This document shows positions 54,501 through 63,822 of a stretch of 64,000 bases of DNA, one piece after another. How positions within the stretch are numbered: the first letter of the stretch is position 1; each line of letters opens with the position of its first letter. The notes beneath the pieces are model-generated. The model made no database searches, was not told the origin of the DNA, and was given only the letters and a program-made list of their open reading frames with translations. The stretch lies in NCBI GenBank assembly GCA_028864975.1, contig JAGWLG010000015.1, positions 8,253 to 72,252 of the forward strand, written 5' to 3'. The position numbers and the translations under genes were made by a program. This DNA is from Thermoplasmata archaeon (GTDB lineage Archaea; Thermoplasmatota; Thermoplasmata; Lutacidiplasmatales; UBA184).

Positions 54501-57500
54501 TCGCCATAGTTCCAGCTGTAGGCCAGGGGGGCGGTGCCGCCGCTCACGGAGCCCGTGAAGGCTACGGTAGTACCCACGTCTGCAGGGTTAGGCGCGGCTA
54601 GACCCGCGGCGGTCGGGAGGGCGTTCACCGTGATCCCGACCGTAGAGATACTGGTGAGCCCGATCGCGTCCGTGACAGTGAGGCTCGCCGTGTAGGTCCC
54701 CGCAAGAGCGTAGGCGTGACTGGGACGCTGAGCCGTGCTCGTCCCCCCGTCGCCGAAAGTCCAGGCGTAGGTGTATCCCGGCTGCCCGCCCGTCGCGCTG
54801 CCCGCGAAGCTCACGGGGAGGCCCACATCCGTGGAGGTGGGGGCGGCCCCCGCGGTCGCCACGAGACCTGTCACGACGTTGATGCTGAACGACTGCCAGG
54901 CTACGGTCCCGATGTTGTCGAGGACCGTCTCGGTCGCCGTGAAGGTCCCCGTCGCGCTGTACGTGTGGTTCACGTAGCGCCCGGTCGTCGAGGTGGAGTC
55001 CCCGAAGGTCCAGCTGTAGCTGTATCCGGGTGATCCCCCGACCGCCCAGGTCGAGAAATCGACCACGAGCGGCACGGCCCCCGCACTCGGGGTGGCCGAA
55101 CCACGGAGCGTTAGCGGCGTTGGACCCACCTTGACCTGGTTCATGGTCGAGCCCACCACGCCCCTACTATCCGTCACGGTCAGGGTCGCGCTGAAGGGTC
55201 CGGAGCTGTTGTAGACATGGACCGGGTTCCTTGCCGCGCTCGTGGCCCCGTCGCCGAAATCCCAGGACCACGTGTAAGGCGCGAGCCCTCCACTGACCGA
55301 GCCGTTGAAGGCCACGTTGAGGGGGGCCATGCCCGTGGCCGGGGTGAACGTGAAGCTCGGCGCAACCTGGCTCCAAGAGACCTGGAGCGAGATCTGGGCA
55401 TTGGCCACGCTACCGTTCGCATCCATGACCATCAGCATCGCCCCGAAACCACCGCTCCCGTTGTAGACGTGGGTCGGGTCCGCATACAACGAGCCGAGGG
55501 ATCCGTCGCCGAAGTTCCAACGGTACGTGTACGGCCCGGTACCTCCCCACGCCCCTCCCGTGAACACCACGGTGGTGGGAGCGAACCCAGCGGTGGGCGT
55601 GGCCTGTGCCCAGGCGGAGAGCGGGACGGAGCCAGAGCCGACAATCACGACGACGTTCGCACCCGTGGACGTCCCCGAAGAGTCCGTAACGGAGAGCTGG
55701 ACCGTGAAGGTCCCGCTGGCGTTGTAGGTATGAACGGGAGTGGGCGAGCCGGAGACGGGGGCGCCATCCCCGAAGGTCCAGGCGTAGGTGTAGGGGGCGA
55801 CCCCTCCGTCCACCGTGGACGTGAAGGCCACTGTGAGCGGGACCTTGCCCGAGGACGGGGTCGAGAGGATGTTGGCCACCAGGTTGGGAGACTGGACCAA
55901 GATGGTGACGCTCGCAAAAGTCCCGTAGCCGGCCGAATCGAAGACGACCACGTTCGCGTAGAAGTTTCCCGTCTGGTTGTACACGTGGTAGGGGCGTGGC
56001 GACCCGGAAGGCCCTCCCCCGTCATTGAAGTTCCACCCGTAGAAGTACGGAGGGGTACCGCCGCTCACGACGGTCGAGAACTGTACTCCGAGGGGAGCCG
56101 CCCCGCTCGTCGGAGTGGCGGACAGCACCACGTTCACGGTCGGCCCGCCCTGGCCGATGATCTCTTGGATCTGGGTGTTGCTACTATAGTATTGGGAGTC
56201 CCTCACGAAGCAGTTGACATTGTAGGACCCCGGCACCGAGTAGATGTGCGTCGGGCTGGCTCCGAAGCCGACCGCTCCGTCCCCGAAGTTCCACGTCAGG
56301 TTGTACGGGGCGATGCCACCGCTGACCGTGGAGCCGAAGGTCACCTGGGTCGGCGCAAGTCCGGAGGGGTGGTCCGACCATAGGTCGACCTCTGGGTCCG
56401 GGTTGTTGTTCGTCGTGTAGACCGTGAAGCCGGTCGATGAGGTTCCTGCCCTCGGGTCCTGGACGTTGAGCTGGATGTTGAAGTTCGTGTTCTCCCGGGT
56501 GAAGGTGTGCGTCGGGTTCGCGAGCGAGCTGAAAGAACCGTCCCCGAAGTTCCAGAAGTAGCTGTAATGACCGGTGCCTCCCGAGGCCTCCCCCAGGAAG
56601 GCCACCGTCAGCGGAGCGGGCGCGGACTCGGGGTTCGTTGCGATATTGATCAAGAGCGGTGCCATGATGACGTAGATGGTCGTGGTCACGAGGATCGTGG
56701 AGGCCCCCGAAGTGACGTGCAACATGGCGGTGTAGGTTCCGGAAAGGTTGTAGACGTGCGCGGGCGAGGGTGACCCCGAGCTGGGGCCCCCGTCCCCGAA
56801 GTTCCAGAGGTAGGCGTACGGCCCGGTGCCCCCGGAAGCGAAGGCCTGGAAGCTCACGGGAAGCGGGGCAAGCCCGAGGACGGACGAGGGGATCACAGAA
56901 GCGCTCAGGGGAGGGGAGGAGGCGACCACGTTCACGGTGAGCGACTGGCTAAGGATGGTCCCCAACGAGTCGACGACCGTGAGCCTCACGGTGTAGGTGC
57001 CTGTCGCATTGAACTGGTGAGTTGGGTTGGGGAAGTTGGACACCGGCGACCCATCGCCGTAGTTCCAGTTGTAGTAGTTCCCCGAAGTATAGCTCGACAG
57101 CGTGCTGTGGAACACAACGACCAGCGGCGCGACGCCGTTGGTGGGGTCGGCCGCCGCGGTCAGCACCTCGGAAGTGGGCCCAACAAAGATCTGGACCGAA
57201 TTGGACCCGACGAAGTACCCTTCGGAATCCAGATAACGGACCTGGACCCAGTAGTTCCCGGTCCTGTTGTAGGTGTGTACCGGGGTCGGGGAGGCGGAAC
57301 CGGCGCTGTTGTCTCCGAAGGACCAGTGATAGCTGTAGGCCTGGGCCGTCGCGCTTGGGAATGCCTGGAAAGCGACGGTGAGAGGGACCAGCCCGCTCTC
57401 CGGTGATGCCGAGATCGAGACATGGGCGCCCGCCCAGGAGGTCTGGGAGGCCGTCTGAACGCTGGCCCGCTGGAGCGCGCTGTCGACCACGACCAGAGAA

Positions 57501-59887
57501 GGACCGTAGTTCCACGACGACTCATTCCAAACATGGCTCGGGTCGGGGGAACTCGAGCCGGTCGCTAGGTCGTCGCCCCACCACCAGTCGTACTGGTAGG
57601 GGGGCACCCCGCCCGTGACGAGGCCTTGGTAGTCGACCGAAAGGGGGGCCGGGCCCGAGTCGGACGAGGTGCTGATGGCGGCAGCCAACGGGAACGTGCC
57701 TCCCTGGGTCCGGTACGTCAGATCATAGCCGGCAACAAGCCCCGTAGAGTCGGTGACCGTGAGGTTCACGACGAAGGTCCCCGCGGCCGTGAAGATGTGG
57801 GCGGGGTTCCAGAGCGTCGATCTCGTACCGTCACCGAAATTCCACAGGTACGTGAACGGTCCGGTGCCCCCGGATTGTATGTAACTGCTGAAGAACATCT
57901 GGGAAGGAGTGTTCCCCCCACCGGTGCAGCACGCTGAGACCACGAACCCTCCGGGCGAAGTGACCACGACCTGCTGGTCCGTGGAGAAGAGGTTGCCCTG
58001 GCGGTCGAGGGTCCAGAACCGCACATCGTACGAACCGGGGACGCTGAACACGTGGGTCGGGGTGTTCCCTACACCCGTGGTACCATCCCCAAAGTCCCAG
58101 AGGAGCTTTCCCGTTTGGAACGAGCCGCCGACAGACCCGTTGAAGTTCACCGTCAGAGGGGCAAGTCCTACTGGCGGGCTTGCGGTCAAGGAGAGTTGCT
58201 CGGGCAGCGAGTTCGGGCACAACGAGTAGTACGAGGTCGCGCCGGCGTTTCCCCCGAGACCATCCATCACGACAGGGTACACCCCGAGGCATTGGGCACC
58301 GATGATCCGACTCGCCGTCGCGCCGAGGCTTCCGTTCTGCCCATCTCCCCAGGCCCAGGAGAACTGGTACGGCGGTGCACCTCCCCCGGCGAAGGCGGTG
58401 AAGTTGTCCGTTTGACCCGGAAGGACGACGTTGGTAGGGATCGACACCAGAGCATCTTCGAGCAAGGGGATCGCAGAGGGGTTCACCGCGACCGTGACCC
58501 GTACGCTGGCCCGGACGTGGTCCACGACACCTAGAGTGACCGTGTACGTAGCGCTGGAGGAGTTGTAGGCGTGGAGGGGATCCGGGGAGTTGGAAGGGGG
58601 CGAGCCGTCCCCGAAGGCGATGGAAGTGAAGTACGGCGGGGTACCTCCCGATACTGCCGAGCTGAACTGGACCGGCAGGGGGAGCATGCCCGACGGGTTC
58701 ATCGCGATCAGACTTGCCGCCAGCGGCGGCGAACTTGTGGTCGGATCGACCGTGACCGTACTCGTCGTGGACCTCGCCATCGAGTCGGTCACGGTAAGGG
58801 TGGCCACGAACGGCCCGGTCGTGGTGTAGATGTGGGTCGGATTCTGAAGGGGTGAGGCCAGCGAACCATCGCCGAAGTTCCAGGAATAGGTATAGGGAGG
58901 GTTCCCCCCGGACGCGGTCCCCTGGAACGCCACCGAGAGCGGGATGGTGCCGGAGGGGGGGCTCGCGAGCACGCTCGCTTCGAAGTAGATGTTCTGCGCG
59001 TAGACTCCGAGTTGATAGTTGTTGGTGTCGCCCTGCGCGTCCGTGACCGTGACCGTCGGGTAGAACCAGCCGCTGTAGTTGTAGGTGTGAGTGGGCGTGG
59101 CGTAGGCGCTGGTCTCGGGCCCATCGCCGAAGTTCCACAACCAGGTGACCGCACCGCGGGCCACGCCGACGCTCGAGTGGAAGGTGGTGGTGAACGGCAC
59201 CGGTCCGACGGGAGGGGCCGCGGCTGCGTCGACCTGGATCCCCTGCCATCCGACGTAGAGGGCGAAGTTCGTAGACGCCGTGTTCGTTGCGCTGTCCGTA
59301 ACGATGATAGAAGGATACACCCAGCCAGCGGAGGTGAGGTTGTAGACGTGGTTGGGGTCAGGAGCTCCTGAGAGGGGAGAACCGTCCCCATAGTTCCAGG
59401 AATAGGTGTACGGAGGAACGCCTCCCCCGACGCCAGAAGTGAGGTTGACGGGAAGCGGAGCCCACCCTGAGGGAGGGTTGGCCCCGGCTACGATGGTGAG
59501 CGGAAGGGCGGCCGCGTTAGGAGTGAGGGCGCGCTGGGTCCGGCTGACGGAAGCGTGGGCGGTCGCTGATCCCACGGGGAGCCCGTTTGGCGCGACCTTG
59601 GGGGCCGTGACCTGATGGGAGGCATGGGAGTTTGGAACAAAGTTCGAGAACTTCGGCGAGAACGTGATAGCGGGATTCGCCGAGGCGGGAGCATGGGCCG
59701 ACACCGCAACGGGCGGGCTCGGATGGGGGAGCGCGGGAGCATGGGGCGAGGCCGCCAAGGGGGGAGAGGAGAAGGCCCCTAGGACCAGAACGAGGAGCAT
59801 GACCAAGAGGAGGCCCCGAACGAGGCCACGGTGCTCGGAGATTTCGCGAGGGGTCGGCGGGGAGCTGTCGGTTCCCTGAGGTTGCAT
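51545..59887 (-). CDS. Giant membrane-anchored PKD-repeat surface protein (2780 aa)
   Basis: Signal (LLLVMLLVLVLG); 29 WxF/YGD-type PKD cores counted by eye plus one WTGLPAGC..C Ig unit; TM (LALIAVVAILGLLLLVLLL) followed by RNRR and an acidic/Pro tail; many N-x-S/T sequons. Confidence 0.9.
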   Translation of the reverse strand: MQPQGTDSSPPTPREISEHRGLVRGLLLVMLLVLVLGAFSSPPLAASPHAPALPHPSPPVAVSAHAPASANPAITFSPKFSNFVPNSHASHQVTAPKVAPNGLPVGSATAHASVSRTQRALTPNAAALPLTIVAGANPPSGWAPLPVNLTSGVGGGVPPYTYSWNYGDGSPLSGAPDPNHVYNLTSAGWVYPSIIVTDSATNTASTNFALYVGWQGIQVDAAAAPPVGPVPFTTTFHSSVGVARGAVTWLWNFGDGPETSAYATPTHTYNYSGWFYPTVTVTDAQGDTNNYQLGVYAQNIYFEASVLASPPSGTIPLSVAFQGTASGGNPPYTYSWNFGDGSLASPLQNPTHIYTTTGPFVATLTVTDSMARSTTSTVTVDPTTSSPPLAASLIAMNPSGMLPLPVQFSSAVSGGTPPYFTSIAFGDGSPPSNSPDPLHAYNSSSATYTVTLGVVDHVRASVRVTVAVNPSAIPLLEDALVSIPTNVVLPGQTDNFTAFAGGGAPPYQFSWAWGDGQNGSLGATASRIIGAQCLGVYPVVMDGLGGNAGATSYYSLCPNSLPEQLSLTASPPVGLAPLTVNFNGSVGGSFQTGKLLWDFGDGTTGVGNTPTHVFSVPGSYDVRFWTLDRQGNLFSTDQQVVVTSPGGFVVSACCTGGGNTPSQMFFSSYIQSGGTGPFTYLWNFGDGTRSTLWNPAHIFTAAGTFVVNLTVTDSTGLVAGYDLTYRTQGGTFPLAAAISTSSDSGPAPLSVDYQGLVTGGVPPYQYDWWWGDDLATGSSSPDPSHVWNESSWNYGPSLVVVDSALQRASVQTASQTSWAGAHVSISASPESGLVPLTVAFQAFPSATAQAYSYHWSFGDNSAGSASPTPVHTYNRTGNYWVQVRYLDSEGYFVGSNSVQIFVGPTSEVLTAAADPTNGVAPLVVVFHSTLSSYTSGNYYNWNYGDGSPVSNFPNPTHQFNATGTYTVRLTVVDSLGTILSQSLTVNVVASSPPLSASVIPSSVLGLAPLPVSFQAFASGGTGPYAYLWNFGDGGPSSGSPSPAHVYNLSGTYTAMLHVTSGASTILVTTTIYVIMAPLLINIATNPESAPAPLTVAFLGEASGGTGHYSYFWNFGDGSFSSLANPTHTFTRENTNFNIQLNVQDPRAGTSSTGFTVYTTNNNPDPEVDLWSDHPSGLAPTQVTFGSTVSGGIAPYNLTWNFGDGAVGFGASPTHIYSVPGSYNVNCFVRDSQYYSSNTQIQEIIGQGGPTVNVVLSATPTSGAAPLGVQFSTVVSGGTPPYFYGWNFNDGGGPSGSPRPYHVYNQTGNFYANVVVFDSAGYGTFASVTILVQSPNLVANILSTPSSGKVPLTVAFTSTVDGGVAPYTYAWTFGDGAPVSGSPTPVHTYNASGTFTVQLSVTDSSGTSTGANVVVIVGSGSVPLSAWAQATPTAGFAPTTVVFTGGAWGGTGPYTYRWNFGDGSLGSLYADPTHVYNGSGGFGAMLMVMDANGSVANAQISLQVSWSQVAPSFTFTPATGMAPLNVAFNGSVSGGLAPYTWSWDFGDGATSAARNPVHVYNSSGPFSATLTVTDSRGVVGSTMNQVKVGPTPLTLRGSATPSAGAVPLVVDFSTWAVGGSPGYSYSWTFGDSTSTTGRYVNHTYSATGTFTATETVLDNIGTVAWQSFSINVVTGLVATAGAAPTSTDVGLPVSFAGSATGGQPGYTYAWTFGDGGTSTAQRPSHAYALAGTYTASLTVTDAIGLTSISTVGITVNALPTAAGLAAPNPADVGTTVAFTGSVSGGTAPLAYSWNYGDGSPSSGYLTPTHVYNVSGTFSAIFTVTDAVGAVSSQPVAVAVNEVPGVTFTAAPNPTDVGTPVAFTSGVTFGTAPYTYAWDFGDSTTSTASNPTHTYTTATAYTVVLTVTDSLGTTATHTLSLTVNADPIASASGTPTTVDAGVPVAFLGSATLGTTAYGYAWNFADGSSSSAQNPSHAFVAPGSYSVVLTVTDAVGQTSTSTVSITVVADPAVSDSAAPSPTDVGVPVAFVSSLTGGVGPFTYIWNYGDSTPVSHATAPTHTYNVSGTYTATLAVTDAQGVVATAATLPVTVNAALAATTSVTPGATDAGIGVAFASTASGGTGSLTYAWRFGDGLTSSLAQPSHIYAAAGTYTAVLWVNDTVGGTAMATASVLVNAVLAASASATPATTDAGLTVAFVGSGAAGTGAYTYLWNFGDGGYSTVASPNHVYATAGTYTPTLTVTDAVGGTSSASVPMTVNVAVSVVASSSTGATDVGVPVSFGGFASGGTGADTYAWSFGDTGTSAARYGNHTYTAPGTYTATLTVTDARAQSSTSTVVVTVQAAPSVTASGTPLTTDVAIPVAFASTATGGTGTLSYAWWFGDGSTGAATASISHAFASAGSYTVTVWANDTHGGVGTAILTVTVNAALGASASATPTATDTGVPVSFTGSQTGGTGPYTYLWNFGDGGFSTSPTPRHTFSLAGSFRVALIVNDSVGGTSSSSVTVQVAQALAVTGSAAPATTDVGSAVAFGGFAAQGTGASTFSWTFGDGSSATGRYANHTYSAPGTFTATLTATDTQGRTGTSVVVVTVSADPTVSLVASPSSLTLGGLVTFSASAAGGTGSLSYSWTGLPAGCASSNSATIVCRPTVVGNSSVKVVVSDSLGVTSSATSTVNVGAKPTLTTSLFGASGISGELALIAVVAILGLLLLVLLLRNRRGGGKPSAGGTGGPSKSSDDVSEPTPPSASAPSPTPGGPETPLPPVPASTPVPPDEGTEPDDYHES

Positions 59888-59907
59888 ACCCGACCCGTAT
59901 GCTTGTC

Positions 59908-59914
59908 AAATATA
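59908..59914 (-). promoter_or_regulatory. Putative TATA box (TATATTT) for the giant PKD gene
   Basis: 21-27 nt upstream of ATG 59887. Confidence 0.55.
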
Positions 59915-60215
59915 CACATTGCGATGTTCTTGCTGCCAACCATTCCCAGGTCCGGGGGGGGCCAGTCGTTTGCCCCGATTGCCCGTCAGAGGGGATCGAG
60001 AGGGGCCGCATCCCCGGACCAAGGATGGGTCACGCATGGCCTCCCGTCTTGGCAAAGGCTGGGGAGCTCCGCTGACCGTGGAGGCTGCCTCCGGCCAAGA
60101 GCCATACGCCAGCCGATACCGCCGGGGTTGGGCATATCCCGGAGTTCCGCGACTTGGCCCCCCGCCGGAGCAAGGGGGGCGGCCAGGGGAGAATGGACAC
60201 CATTTACTGATAATC

Positions 60216-61296
60216 TAGTTGCTATGTTTAAATCCACGGGCGTACTGTTCCCCGGGCATGCCACGGTGGGACCAGAAGCATCGTGACGCGCTCGTCCTCG
60301 AGGAACGTCGACTAAAGGCCGCGGAACTGCTCCGCCAAGGAGCGTACCCCTCCGAGGTGGCCCGCAGGGTGGCGGCGACCCCCCAGGCCGTGAACCGGTG
60401 GCTCCGAACGATAGAGAAGGGCGGCGAGGAAGCTCTCCACGCCAAGCCACGACCTGGTCGTGAGCCCTTCGTGGAGGAGGAGACCCTGGCGACGCTCCCC
60501 GAGATCCTCGCCCGGGGAGCCTTGGCGTTCGGCTACCAGACAGATATCTGGACCCTGCGGAGGATCTCCGCGGTCCTCGAGAGGGAGTGGGGCATCCGCT
60601 ACACCAAGAGCGGGACCTGGGTCTTGCTCAAGCGAAGCGGCTACTCGTGGCAGCGACCCTCCCGCCAGGCACGGGAGAAGGACGTGGCGAAGGTGGCCGA
60701 CTGGAAGCGGCACTCCTGGCCGCGCTTCAAAAAAAAGCCGCGACGCGCTGCGCCGTCGTCGTCTTCGTAGACGAGAGCGGCCTCTCGCTCATCCCGTACA
60801 GCGCGAAGACCTGGGCGCCGGTGGGAAAGACCCCGGTGCTGGTCCACCAGGGTCGATGGCCGAAGGTCTCGGCCATCGGGGGGATCACGGCTCGAGGTCG
60901 TCTCTACCTCAAGGTGAGGAGGGGGTCCATTCGCGGTCCGCAGGTCATCGCGTTCCTCCATCACCTCCAGCGACACATCCGACGGAGGCCGATCATGATC
61001 TTCTGGGACAACGGTCCCCACCATCGCTCGAAGCTCGTGAAGACCTACCTGAGGGAACACGCTCGGCTAGAGGTCCACCGGTTCCCCGGCTACAGCCCCG
61101 AGCTCAACCCTGAGGAGTGGGTGTGGGCTCACCTGAAGAAGCACGAGCTCGCGAGCTTCGCCCCCCACGACCTGAAGGAGCTCACGAGAGGGGTGAGGCT
61201 GGCGACGATGAGAATGAGAGATCGTCCTCGACTTCTACGGCGACTTGCAGGAGCATCGAGGCTACCGCATTGACCCGCTCGAGGCTCGCTCAAGTA
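60216..61296 (+). mobile_element. IS630/Tc1-family insertion sequence (ends tentative)
   Basis: Transposase identity is clear. TA-GTTG (60216-) and CAAG-TA (-61296) form only a weak terminal inverted match; internal TTTAAA (60227-32) lies 26 nt before the transposase ATG. Confidence 0.7.
60258..61273 (+). CDS. IS630 transposase expressed via a -1 frameshift at the A8 tract (60729-60736)
   Basis: ORF A has HTH and winged-HTH segments ending RFKKK; ORF B in the -1 frame carries the DDE triad VFVDESG, FWDNGPHH, PELNPEEWVW; A-AAA-AAG heptamer at 60731-37. Confidence 0.9.
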
Positions 61297-62216
61297 GCCT
61301 TGGACTCCAGATCCCGAATGTGGTCCAGAACGGTTGCACCGTAGTCACTTGAGGAGAACACCGCCTGAACTTCCGAGAGGTGGCTGTCGGGCTCGAGAGT
61401 CAGCGCCGCGATCCGGTCGAGGAACTCCTTGTCCGCCTGAGTGACCTGTGCCTCGGGCTTGGTGATGAGCACTCCCCAGTCGTCGTTCCCCACCAGCTCA
61501 ATCTTGTTGAGGTATGCAAGATCTTGGAGGAGGGCGTAGCGTATCGGGGGCATGCCTCGGTCGGTCTCGCTGTCCCCGAAGGTCATGGGGTCCCTCTTCC
61601 CAGCGCGGCAGAGCTGCCAGGCCCCGCCCGCGAGAAGGAACTTCCCCGTGGGTCGGAGGTTCATTGTGTCCACGGTGATCCCATCCATCCTCCTTCGGAT
61701 CTCGTCGACCCAGGGGTCGTACAGGACCCACCGGCTGTCCTCGGCATTCCAGTACTCTGTGATGCGGTGGTCACACCACCAAGCGGGGTCGTCATCGAGG
61801 TACCCGGCGAACCCGACCCGAGAACGAGAAGGGATGCCCTGATTGCGGAGCATCGATACCTGAAGGAATGTGAAGTTCCGGCAAATGGCCCCTATCCGGT
61901 CCTTAGGCTCACGAGGCACCGAGAGGGGTCCCGGGTGGCGCTTCTGGATGCGCTTCAGGAAGTCCTCGGCCCGTCGCACCCCAAACCGAGCATTGTCGAA
62001 CTCGCCTTCCTTGACGCCATACATCTGGAGCAGGCGGTCGTAGGGTGGAATGAGTAGACCCTGAACGACGCCAGCCAGCGCGGGGGCTCCTTGGGGGAGA
62101 CCTTCGTACAGCTGCGCCTGGGTTCGCGGATCGGTCAGGACTCCCTGTTGTCGATAGTACTCCAGAACGGAGGGGGAGGGATACCCCCCCTGCCGGGGCT
62201 TAACGGTGAACGACAT
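61290..62216 (-). CDS. Transglutaminase-like (papain-fold) domain protein
   Basis: GAICRNF (Cys), LR..GIP.R.RVGF..Y, DHRITEYWN (His), W.L.DP (Asp); ATG 62216 with GAGG upstream. Confidence 0.85.
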   Translation of the reverse strand: MSFTVKPRQGGYPSPSVLEYYRQQGVLTDPRTQAQLYEGLPQGAPALAGVVQGLLIPPYDRLLQMYGVKEGEFDNARFGVRRAEDFLKRIQKRHPGPLSVPREPKDRIGAICRNFTFLQVSMLRNQGIPSRSRVGFAGYLDDDPAWWCDHRITEYWNAEDSRWVLYDPWVDEIRRRMDGITVDTMNLRPTGKFLLAGGAWQLCRAGKRDPMTFGDSETDRGMPPIRYALLQDLAYLNKIELVGNDDWGVLITKPEAQVTQADKEFLDRIAALTLEPDSHLSEVQAVFSSSDYGATVLDHIRDLESKAT

Positions 62217-62384
62217 TCTGCCACCTTCCTCAGGTGAGCACCGTCCTGGCATATATCGGCGGTCGCATCGACAGTCGCCTGCCTCCGCGCCCTCGAAAAC
62301 CTCGTGACTGACTGCTGTTGTTGGTCAGCCGACAGGCGGGTTTCCCCCGACGAACCTAAAGCCAACTTGTCCACGGTCAGTAGC

Positions 62385-62876
62385 ATGCGAACGAGCATGG
62401 CCCGTCTACCAGAAGGTGCGGGGCGCGTTCTGTCGGATCCTGCAAGGATAGTCACGAGCGCCCTCGCCCTCGTCGCCGAGGACAATGCGGCCGACGCTCG
62501 CTTGATCCGCGCGGCGTTCAAGGACAGCCGCATCCGGACCGAGGTCCACACGGGCGCGGTCGGGGTCGCCGCGCTGGCCTACCTTCGGGAGCAAGGTGAT
62601 TACAAGAGCGCCCGAAGACAGAGCGTGCTCTTCCTCGACCTTGACATGCGTCGGAAGGACGGGCACCACGTCTTGGAGGAGGTCAAGCGGGACCCGGACT
62701 TGAGAAGCCTCCCGAGTGTGATCGTCACATCTTCAGGGCGACCCGAGGATTGCGAGCGTGCGTACCAGCACCACGCCAACTGCTACGTCCGAAAACCCAC
62801 GGGGTTCGGTGACTTCACGAAGGCCGTCCAAGACCTCAAACAATTCTGGTTCGAGACCGTCGAGCTCCCGGCGTAG
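62385..62876 (+). CDS. Stand-alone response regulator receiver (Rcp1-like)
   Basis: LVAEDNAADA, FLDLDM..KDG..VL..VK.DPDLR.LP.V.VTSS...D....Y..HANCYVRKP..F..F...V....FW. Start uncertain (62385 or 62397). Confidence 0.85.
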   Translation: MRTSMARLPEGAGRVLSDPARIVTSALALVAEDNAADARLIRAAFKDSRIRTEVHTGAVGVAALAYLREQGDYKSARRQSVLFLDLDMRRKDGHHVLEEVKRDPDLRSLPSVIVTSSGRPEDCERAYQHHANCYVRKPTGFGDFTKAVQDLKQFWFETVELPA

Positions 62877-63447
62877 CTCGTGCCGGGGAGGCTGACGGAG
62901 GGGGTGAGGCCGTTCAGGTCAGGCTCGGGGCGAGGCGGCACGGGAGGACCCTTGCAGGGTCGGGAGGGCAGGCCTCCAACCTGTGAACGAGCTACGGCCA
63001 TCATCCAGGGAGTTCCATGGGGCTGCCCGAGTTCTAATCGGTGACGATTCAAAGCCAGCCCCGGGAGGCCCTCGCGCGACCGGGAAAGTTGGCCGCTTCG
63101 ACTCGGATTCCAGCGGAATTCCTCAGGCCTGGCCCGCGCGCTTTCGCGGCTATGAGGTCAAGGTTGCCTTCGGGCTTCTCCGAAGGCGTCGCCCTGCTGA
63201 GGACCCTGCGGGCCTTCGACCCCATCCTTCTCTCCAAGCGCGAGGTCTTGGGCCCGCGCACGGTCGATCCCCTCGTGAGCCAGGTCCTCCTCAGCGGCCC
63301 CGGCAGGAGCTCCACCCGCGTCCAACTGGCCTGACGAACCCACATCCTGAGGTTCATCCGCCCATGGTGAGGACCCAAACCTCCGGGGTGGTCGACGCTT
63401 CATATACCCCTGAGCCATTCATATGTCCTGATAGGAGGGGTGGTATC

Positions 63448-63822
63448 ATGGAGCTCGAGAGGGAACCCCTCGGATACCTTCTCCGTAGCGAATCTGCTTT
63501 CGCCATTCTTGAGGCTCTTCAGGACGGGCGACCACAGCCTCCACTGACCGTGAGGCGATCGCTGGACCTTCACCCGCAGACGTTCAAGGAGGCCGTGGTC
63601 CACCTGAACGACTTCGCCTTGCTCTCCCTGATGGTCCCTCCAGGGTCGCGGCCCCGGCGGACAGCCCACGGGGTCGCTGTACCTCTGGTCCTGCGCATCA
63701 CGGGGGAGGGACAAGAGGTCCTCGAGCTCGCCATCGGGGTGCGCAAGTTCATCCAGGAACAGGCGCACCGGCGCGAGCGCCACCTGCCGGCGGCCACTCT
63801 CCGGCGGTGGCTGCCGGCATGA
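63448..63822 (+). CDS. Probable winged-helix DNA-binding protein (124 aa)
   Basis: GGAGGGG upstream of ATG 63448; ILEAL..G......VRRSL.LHPQTF.EAV..L...L helix-turn-helix pattern; wing ending RITGEGQEVL (TxxG motif). Confidence 0.65.
   Translation: MELEREPLGYLLRSESAFAILEALQDGRPQPPLTVRRSLDLHPQTFKEAVVHLNDFALLSLMVPPGSRPRRTAHGVAVPLVLRITGEGQEVLELAIGVRKFIQEQAHRRERHLPAATLRRWLPA

Noticed and set aside
59919-60218. Short ORFs between the giant PKD gene and the IS
   Set aside because: Gly/Pro/Arg-rich translations without SD or motifs in several frames; treated as intergenic.
63049-63378. 109-aa minus-strand ORF and the overlapping 97-aa plus-strand ORF (63041-63334)
   Set aside because: Neither has a convincing start context or recognisable motif; cannot decide which, if either, is real.
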